This document shows positions 58,640 through 64,000 of a stretch of 64,000 bases of DNA, piece by piece. This DNA is from a virus. Lineage: Duplodnaviria > Caudoviricetes. The stretch lies in IMG/VR virus record IMGVR_UViG_3300033073_001881, positions 23,017-87,016 of that record. The stretch is one strand, 5' to 3'. Made by a program: the position numbers and the translations under genes. Position 1 is the stretch's first letter. Each line of letters starts with the position of its first letter. The notes under the pieces were generated by a model, which was given only the letters and a program-made list of their open reading frames with translations, was not told the origin of the DNA and ran no database searches.

Positions 58640-59394
58640 AATGTTCCACCCATTTCCTTAACAATATCTTTATAATGCGATCTAATAGTCGTCATAGCAA
58701 CTGATAATTTCTTTTTATCAACACCAGCGATTTCTCGGATATAAAAGAAAACAGCTCTTTTAGTTAGAAAATCTATGTCATTAGCATTTTCAAAAACTAA
58801 ATTAAGAGCTGTCATAGTTGCTTTTTCATAAGGTTCAGTCAATCTTTTATCTATTTTTTTCATTATTTCAAGAATTGACTCTCTTCTCATCGCTGTGGTG
58901 ACAATTTCATCAGGTGCAGGAAGTATGCTATTTTGCATGATGGTATGCTGATCCAGTTTAGATAAAGAGGTTGGATCGTCAAGAGAAACATTCCTAAAAT
59001 TATATTTTTGTTTGCGTCTAGCATTTATAATAAGCCAGTTTCTTGCCACGACATTGAAATAGCTAAAGGCTTTTGTTCCTTTTTCTCCATTAAACTTATG
59101 CATATTATCAAATAAATGACAGATACAATCAGCTTTTACTTCTTCAATATTGTCTATGTTTTTAGAAAATCCATAGATGAATATTAAATTTTCAACAAGT
59201 TTGTCAAAAGCTGGAAGTATTTTCTCTTGATAAATTTGGGTTTTGCTATTTTTGCATGACTCTTGCAAATAATCTTTCATTGCCTGTTGAACTTCTGGCC
59301 CAAAATAAAGTTTCTTTTCTGCTTCTTCTTTTATTTTGATATTTTGTACTGTAGAACTTTGTCTAGAAGAAACTATTTTTTTCTTACCCTGCAT
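58636..59394 (-). CDS. Phage sigma factor, gp55-like late transcription factor (start moved to MQGKKK, 252 aa)
   Basis: Region-2-like IEEVKADCICHLFDNMHKFNGEKGTKAFSYFNVVARNWLI; GAGGAG SD 7 nt before ATG 59394. Confidence 0.75.
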   Translation of the reverse strand: MQGKKKIVSSRQSSTVQNIKIKEEAEKKLYFGPEVQQAMKDYLQESCKNSKTQIYQEKILPAFDKLVENLIFIYGFSKNIDNIEEVKADCICHLFDNMHKFNGEKGTKAFSYFNVVARNWLIINARRKQKYNFRNVSLDDPTSLSKLDQHTIMQNSILPAPDEIVTTAMRRESILEIMKKIDKRLTEPYEKATMTALNLVFENANDIDFLTKRAVFFYIREIAGVDKKKLSVAMTTIRSHYKDIVKEMGGTL

Positions 59395-59680
59395 TTTCTT
59401 TCTCCTCTTCAATTTCTCCTATGCTATTAGCAATTCGGAGGATCGCGTCTCGAGATCCTTTTACATCTTCGACCACTTTTTTAATTTCAGGTGAATCAAA
59501 AAACAAAGGAATTTCAAGAACTTTTGAAATTGACTCGTATCTTTCATCTAACGTGTCAATTGCATTTTCGATTTCATCCTCCATCCTTAAAATTATTTTG
59601 GAAAATTTCCACAAATAATAACAACATATAACGATGGCAATGAATTCTAACAATGAAAGGGTAAGAAAAAAATACATCAT
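59384..59680 (-). CDS. Small membrane-anchored coiled-coil protein, 98 aa
   Basis: Hydrophobic N-terminal ~25 residues followed by a charged helix; overlaps both neighbours. Confidence 0.7.
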   Translation of the reverse strand: MMYFFLTLSLLEFIAIVICCYYLWKFSKIILRMEDEIENAIDTLDERYESISKVLEIPLFFDSPEIKKVVEDVKGSRDAILRIANSIGEIEEEKENAG

Positions 59681-60837
59681 GACAAAATAGAACCTAATTT
59701 TTTGTCATATTCTTCTGAAATGGCTTTGAAAGAAAAATGTTCATGAACTTTTTTAGACAAAGAGTTAGCCCATTCAATGGGAATTTCTTTTTTATTTTCA
59801 AATTTTAATATTTTCTTTTTAAAATCTACTTCACGAGGTTCGGCCCATTTTGCTCCATTAACAAAAACAGAATTATCAATTCTTGTTTGAGGAATATTCA
59901 CAAGATCATAATCAACAGATACGAATTTCCCCATATTCATAAAGTCAAGATGACCAGACCAATTTGTACAAATGACTGGTAATGAACAGGCGGCAGCTTC
60001 TAAAAGTGGCAATCCAAAACCTTCTCCTCTTGTCAAGGAAATAAGGGCAGACATTTTAGAAGATTCGTATAATGAAATCATTTCGCCGGTTGTCATTTCA
60101 CCAGTTAAAACATGAATTTTTGGAAACATTCCTTTTCTAACTTCACCAATCAGCTTTCTAAAAATTTCATTAGTCTGGTTTCTCATAAATGAGTTATTTG
60201 TTCCTAAATTTGTTTTAATAACAAGAGAAACGTCATCTCTTCCACTGAATGCTTCGCAAAACCATTTTACTGTGTAGAAAAGATTTTTTCTATCCATTTC
60301 TGGTTTCACACCAGTTATTTGACCAACAACTAAAAAGTTTGTTTTAGTTGTAATTTGTGGAAGTGATAATTCGTCATGAACTTGATAAACTTCATCTGGG
60401 AATGATTCGCCAACAACTACAATATCTTTATTTAATTTTCCGCTATTTAATAAAACATTTTTTGTAAATGTAGTGGGAACTACAACCATGTCCATGTTAT
60501 TACATGCTTCAATCCAGACTGGGTTGCATCTATCTGTTTCGACAACAGCTGACATTCCAATATTAAAAGCATTAGGATGTCTTTTCCATTCATTAGGAAG
60601 TTGAAGAGAAATAACAACATCTGCATCTTGAGGAGCAGGTCTTGATTTCGACATTATTCTTCCAATCAATCCATTCTCAGCATTAGGATTGACATGCCAA
60701 CTTGTGATTCCCCAGTTTAGCAATTCAACAGTCAAATCAATATCTTTGGACTCTAACCATCTAAAAATTTGCCTTGCGTGTGTGCCATATCCAGAAATAG
60801 ATAGAGCGGGCGCTTTAAAGTGAACTTTCTTTTTCAT
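59677..60837 (-). CDS. Glycosyltransferase, GT4 / GT-B fold (start moved to MKKKVHF, 386 aa)
   Basis: ISGYGTHAR, DRKNL, TRGEGFGLPLLEA, TNWSGHLDF. Confidence 0.92.
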   Translation of the reverse strand: MKKKVHFKAPALSISGYGTHARQIFRWLESKDIDLTVELLNWGITSWHVNPNAENGLIGRIMSKSRPAPQDADVVISLQLPNEWKRHPNAFNIGMSAVVETDRCNPVWIEACNNMDMVVVPTTFTKNVLLNSGKLNKDIVVVGESFPDEVYQVHDELSLPQITTKTNFLVVGQITGVKPEMDRKNLFYTVKWFCEAFSGRDDVSLVIKTNLGTNNSFMRNQTNEIFRKLIGEVRKGMFPKIHVLTGEMTTGEMISLYESSKMSALISLTRGEGFGLPLLEAAACSLPVICTNWSGHLDFMNMGKFVSVDYDLVNIPQTRIDNSVFVNGAKWAEPREVDFKKKILKFENKKEIPIEWANSLSKKVHEHFSFKAISEEYDKKLGSILS

Positions 60838-62093
60838 ATCGATGTAATTCCCCACTTTGTTTTATTGCCAGATTTCCAATTATCGATAAGCTTACTCAAC
60901 GAATCATGCCAAGCGTCGATTGTTTTATCTTGACTAAATTCAGACTCTACATACTTTTTAGCTTTTTGACCGAGTTCTTTTCTTTTTTCAGGACCCATTT
61001 CATACATTTTAAGAAAAGATTCAGCGACTATTTCGTTTGAAACATAATCTTCATAAATGTAAGGAACCTGTTGTGATCCTACAAGCGTTTTTGTAGTCAC
61101 AGGAAGCGCTATTCCGTTTTCAGTTCCATCACGATGATCAACAACCTGTCTTGTAAGACCGCCGGTTTTGAGAGCAATAATAGGCTTTCCAACCGTCATC
61201 GCCTCTAGGGTTGATAATCCAAATCCTTCTGCGAAAGATATGTTTATCGTGAAGTCAGTGACATTATAGAGAACATTCATTTTATTGAAATCAAGTCTTT
61301 CAGTAGAAAAGACAACGTTGCTGTCTATTTCAAGCATTTTTACTATTTCAACGAGGTTAGGACCTTCCTGATCTCTTGGATCGGTGTGCATGATTAAGGT
61401 AGCGTTTCTATGGCGATGAGTTTCTTGTAATTTGTCAAGAAACATCTTCCAAGAAACCAGCACATCACCTGGTCTTTTTCTTCTTGCGTTTCTATTATTC
61501 CAAAAACCAACAAGGTGCTTTGATCTATCAGGACCTAACAATTGGTTTCGCCAAGAAGAAATTTCAGAATCACTTAGTTGATGAAAAATTTCTGTTGGAA
61601 CAGAATGTGGAATAAAATTTGTTTTCTCAGGAAACATACTACTGCATATTTCGTATGTTAAATAAGAGTGACAATTTATAAGATCGGTAGCTTCATACAT
61701 GTATTTATTGAACATGGGAGCTGGATAATTGTCCCAGACATGCCACCATGCGATAGGACACATTTGATGAATTTCATCTTCCATTTCAAATAGCCAAGTA
61801 AAAAAGCGAGGATCGGTAAAAATTAAAATTGCATCTGGCTTCTCTGCAGCTAGTGTGACGCGCAAAAGATTTCTATCACCAAAACCATCTATTGGCTTGA
61901 TGATGAAATCTTCATTAACGGCAATTGTGTCATAATTCGAATGCTTTAAGGCGGCCCCAAATTGTCTAAAAGTCCAACCACCTTTTTTAAGCAAACCATT
62001 CACTAAATGCCTTGTTTGTGTTCCAACGCCCGATGTCGACAGAGCATGATCAGATAGAATAATTACTTTTCTTTTTTCCAAAAAAGACCTCAT
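60834..62093 (-). CDS. Glycosyltransferase, GT4 / GT-B fold, 419 aa
   Basis: TSGVGTQ, NRNARRKRPGD, SFAEGFGLSTLEA. Confidence 0.92.
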   Translation of the reverse strand: MRSFLEKRKVIILSDHALSTSGVGTQTRHLVNGLLKKGGWTFRQFGAALKHSNYDTIAVNEDFIIKPIDGFGDRNLLRVTLAAEKPDAILIFTDPRFFTWLFEMEDEIHQMCPIAWWHVWDNYPAPMFNKYMYEATDLINCHSYLTYEICSSMFPEKTNFIPHSVPTEIFHQLSDSEISSWRNQLLGPDRSKHLVGFWNNRNARRKRPGDVLVSWKMFLDKLQETHRHRNATLIMHTDPRDQEGPNLVEIVKMLEIDSNVVFSTERLDFNKMNVLYNVTDFTINISFAEGFGLSTLEAMTVGKPIIALKTGGLTRQVVDHRDGTENGIALPVTTKTLVGSQQVPYIYEDYVSNEIVAESFLKMYEMGPEKRKELGQKAKKYVESEFSQDKTIDAWHDSLSKLIDNWKSGNKTKWGITSI

Positions 62094-62130
62094 TGAGATA
62101 TCATCTCAACAAAAGGTCATAAGTTAATAA

Positions 62131-62937
62131 TTAAGGTACGCAAATACCTTCTTTTTTGAAATCACAATACTCACAAGAATATTTATTCTTTAAAAACCTG
62201 TTTTTCCTCACTCCGTTGACCATATTTGTGACCATTTTTTCTCCTTTTTCCATGGGCTTAGGGCCAACTGAAATATCGTATCTTGCAATTGTCGAACCTG
62301 GCTTTGCACCTTTTTTAAGTACAACGAATGCACATGCGATTTCTCGACTTGTCAAATTCATTTTTCTGATAATATAACTTTTGTAAAGCCAAAGCTGCGC
62401 TAAAACCAGATCATTTTCAAGCTTGTCTCTACGCCATCCATAAGCAGGACCTGTTTTCCAGTCAAGAATATGAATTTTCCATTTTGTTTTGTCATCATTC
62501 AACGGAGTTTTTAAGACACAGTCAATAAAGCCTTTGAATTTAATTTGAGATTCATTAGGAATTTCCTCGTATAGAGGTAATTCGGCATCTATTAGTTCCC
62601 AACCAGGAAATTCATTATCCAGCCAAGTAGGAACATCGTTCAAAATATTTAGAGCCCATTTTTTCCATTTTTCAAGCTCGGTATATTTTTTTTCACTCCA
62701 AACAGTCTCAATTGATTTTAAAACTTCCTCAATATTCATTTCACGATTTCTAAGATAATTTTCTACACCTTCATGAACTGCTGTTCCAAAGTCAGCATGA
62801 ATCCAATTTTGATTTTTAATTTCAATTTTGTCGACATAGGCAAGCTTATGTTTCCAACCACAGGATGTCCAGCATGAAACCTCAGAAAAAGAAACATGAG
62901 GTTTACCGGTTGGAAAATCTACGACTACTTCAGGCAT
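62131..62937 (-). CDS. PD-(D/E)XK nuclease, Cas4/AddB/RecB-like (start moved to MPEVVV, 268 aa)
   Basis: SFSE...SCGW, FGTAVH, KGFIDCV, LDWKTG, QLWLY and C-terminal CEYCDFKKEGIC; CAGGAG SD. Confidence 0.85.
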   Translation of the reverse strand: MPEVVVDFPTGKPHVSFSEVSCWTSCGWKHKLAYVDKIEIKNQNWIHADFGTAVHEGVENYLRNREMNIEEVLKSIETVWSEKKYTELEKWKKWALNILNDVPTWLDNEFPGWELIDAELPLYEEIPNESQIKFKGFIDCVLKTPLNDDKTKWKIHILDWKTGPAYGWRRDKLENDLVLAQLWLYKSYIIRKMNLTSREIACAFVVLKKGAKPGSTIARYDISVGPKPMEKGEKMVTNMVNGVRKNRFLKNKYSCEYCDFKKEGICVP

Positions 62938-62999
62938 TAAAGGCTCCTGATGTATTATTAACAAAAAAAGCAAGATTTCAAAAAATTAAAATTATTGTG

Positions 63000-63006
63000 A
63001 TAATTA
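63000..63006 (+). promoter_or_regulatory. Putative late promoter ATAATTA, 5 nt before the ATG of the plus-strand gene
   Basis: Same motif and spacing as at 4636-4642; no SD. Confidence 0.55.
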
Positions 63007-63011
63007 AACAT

Positions 63012-64000
63012 ATGCAAATCGTAGAATCACAACTTCGTCAATTAATTTCCTCTCTTCTGATTGAAGGTCCTGAACAGGACCGTCAGTCACTTATTAAAAA
63101 GTATCCTGACAGTGAAAATAGTTTGCGCAGTCTTCCTGTCAAATTCATATCCTGGCTTCAGGACAGGTTTGGTGACAATGCTCGTCAAAAAGAGATCCAT
63201 CCATTTGAAGACGCAATTGTAACAGTTGTCAATTTTGCAAAAGTTGATGTAGCAATTGGTGCAAAGTGGAAGTCAAATGAACAGTTCAAAAAAGCAGTTG
63301 AAGAAGCAATACCTAAGCGTCATTGGTCGACGCCAACAGATGTCAAGACAATGACCGCTGATGAGATGGAAACAATTATTGGGATTTCTCAAAGAAAAAA
63401 ACAAAGATTTGACGTTCAAAAAGAGGACATGTCTTTTGAAGATGACAGAGTCGGAAAGGTCGGTCCTTGGAACTTATGGATGCCAACTAACAAAGAAAAC
63501 AGTTGCAAGATCGCAGGATATGATCCTGCGACGCTCCAACCAAAAACAACTTGGTGTACTGCACGAACGTCTGGCTCTAATTTATTTTACAATTACGTTG
63601 GTGGAAGTGATGAAGACATCACACTCTTTTACATCATCAAAGATGATCCAAAAGATGACAATGACTGGCTCTCAGTTGGGTTTGTAAAAGGTCAACCAGT
63701 CCTTGAAGGAAAAAATGGTGGGCTTTCTGTGAATAGAAAAAATGAAGGTCTAACAAAATCATCTCTCGAATCTGCTCTTGGTTCAAACTTTAGCGAGATC
63801 ATGAATCTGCTCACACAGAAGAACAAACAGCTGGGTGGTAAACACCCAGCTGCAAAGAAAATTGAAGAAGCGGGGCAAAGCGTTGAAGCTTTTGAGAATT
63901 TGGTTAAAGGGCTCTCAAAAGACGAAAGAAGTCATCTAACAGCTAAAGTTTTGAATCAAAACTCAATCTCACAAGAATTGCTGATAAAGCTGGCTGGTGA
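63012..64000 (+). CDS. Partial CDS absent from the ORF track (no stop in window, at least 329 codons) with a PcfJ-like WCTA motif
   Basis: Hand translation open throughout: MQIVESQLRQLISSLLIEG...TTWCTARTSGSNLFYNY...LFYIIK. Confidence 0.8.
   Translation, partial: MQIVESQLRQLISSLLIEGPEQDRQSLIKKYPDSENSLRSLPVKFISWLQDRFGDNARQKEIHPFEDAIVTVVNFAKVDVAIGAKWKSNEQFKKAVEEAIPKRHWSTPTDVKTMTADEMETIIGISQRKKQRFDVQKEDMSFEDDRVGKVGPWNLWMPTNKENSCKIAGYDPATLQPKTTWCTARTSGSNLFYNYVGGSDEDITLFYIIKDDPKDDNDWLSVGFVKGQPVLEGKNGGLSVNRKNEGLTKSSLESALGSNFSEIMNLLTQKNKQLGGKHPAAKKIEEAGQSVEAFENLVKGLSKDERSHLTAKVLNQNSISQELLIKLAG

Noticed and set aside
62093-62109. 7-bp inverted repeat TTGAGAT/ATCTCAA at the glycosyltransferase start
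   Set aside because: Short and AT-rich, with no U tract or SD in the stem; too weak to call.
857-62377. Dozens of short plus-strand and alternative-frame ORFs in the six-frame track
   Set aside because: They lie inside long well-supported minus-strand genes, lack SDs and have shadow-ORF composition. The only one kept is the 4656..4937 frame.
62131-62937. Cas4-like nuclease as a sign of CRISPR-Cas
   Set aside because: No repeat-spacer array, cas1, cas2 or effector seen in the window; solo Cas4/RecB-like nucleases are common in phages.
63361-63687. 108-aa plus-strand ORF in the track
   Set aside because: It is an alternative frame inside the longer open frame starting at 63012.
1-64000. Stop-codon recoding as in some jumbo phages
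   Set aside because: Conserved genes are intact in the standard code, and TAA, TAG (e.g. 6332, 15522, 21417) and TGA (e.g. 5804, 58636) all end genes at sensible positions.
1-64000. tRNA, rRNA or other structured RNA genes
   Set aside because: Intergenic gaps are all under about 100 nt and are accounted for by promoters, SDs and terminators; no cloverleaf-like sequence seen.

Overview
This window is a 64-kb segment of a large T4-like (myovirus-type, probably jumbo) bacteriophage genome, read in the standard genetic code. Almost every real gene is on the minus strand. In transcription order (high to low coordinate) it holds: Cas4/RecB-like nuclease, two GT4 glycosyltransferases, a small membrane protein, a gp55-like late sigma factor, gp5-like spike, gp25, gp6, gp7-like wedge, about 20 kb of large LamG/FN3 baseplate-periphery genes, RuvC-like resolvase, primase, a fused Mre11-Rad50 (gp47-gp46) nuclease, large terminase, portal, prohead protease, small head genes, scaffold, major capsid protein, neck proteins, two tandem tail sheath genes, tail tube, tail assembly chaperone and tape measure protein. 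One divergent plus-strand gene starts at 63012 and runs off the end. I saw no tRNA, rRNA, CRISPR array, intron, intein or transposon. The most interesting signals are regulatory. (1) The chaperone gene has a TTG start whose Shine-Dalgarno sequence is locked in a perfect 17-bp hairpin, and it ends in a GGA-TTT-TTT-TGG site that would need a +1 or -2 (not -1) frameshift. (2) A recurring ATA[ACT][AT]TA putative late promoter gives both SD-led and apparently leaderless genes. (3) Several unrelated proteins share an amphipathic N-terminal leader ending in a gp21-type cleavage site, resembling a capsid-targeting signal. (4) A tail-collar-like domain appears split across two paralogous gene pairs. 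All functional calls come from motif recognition by eye; no database search was run. Several start codons were moved from the ORF track to SD-supported or overlap-supported positions.
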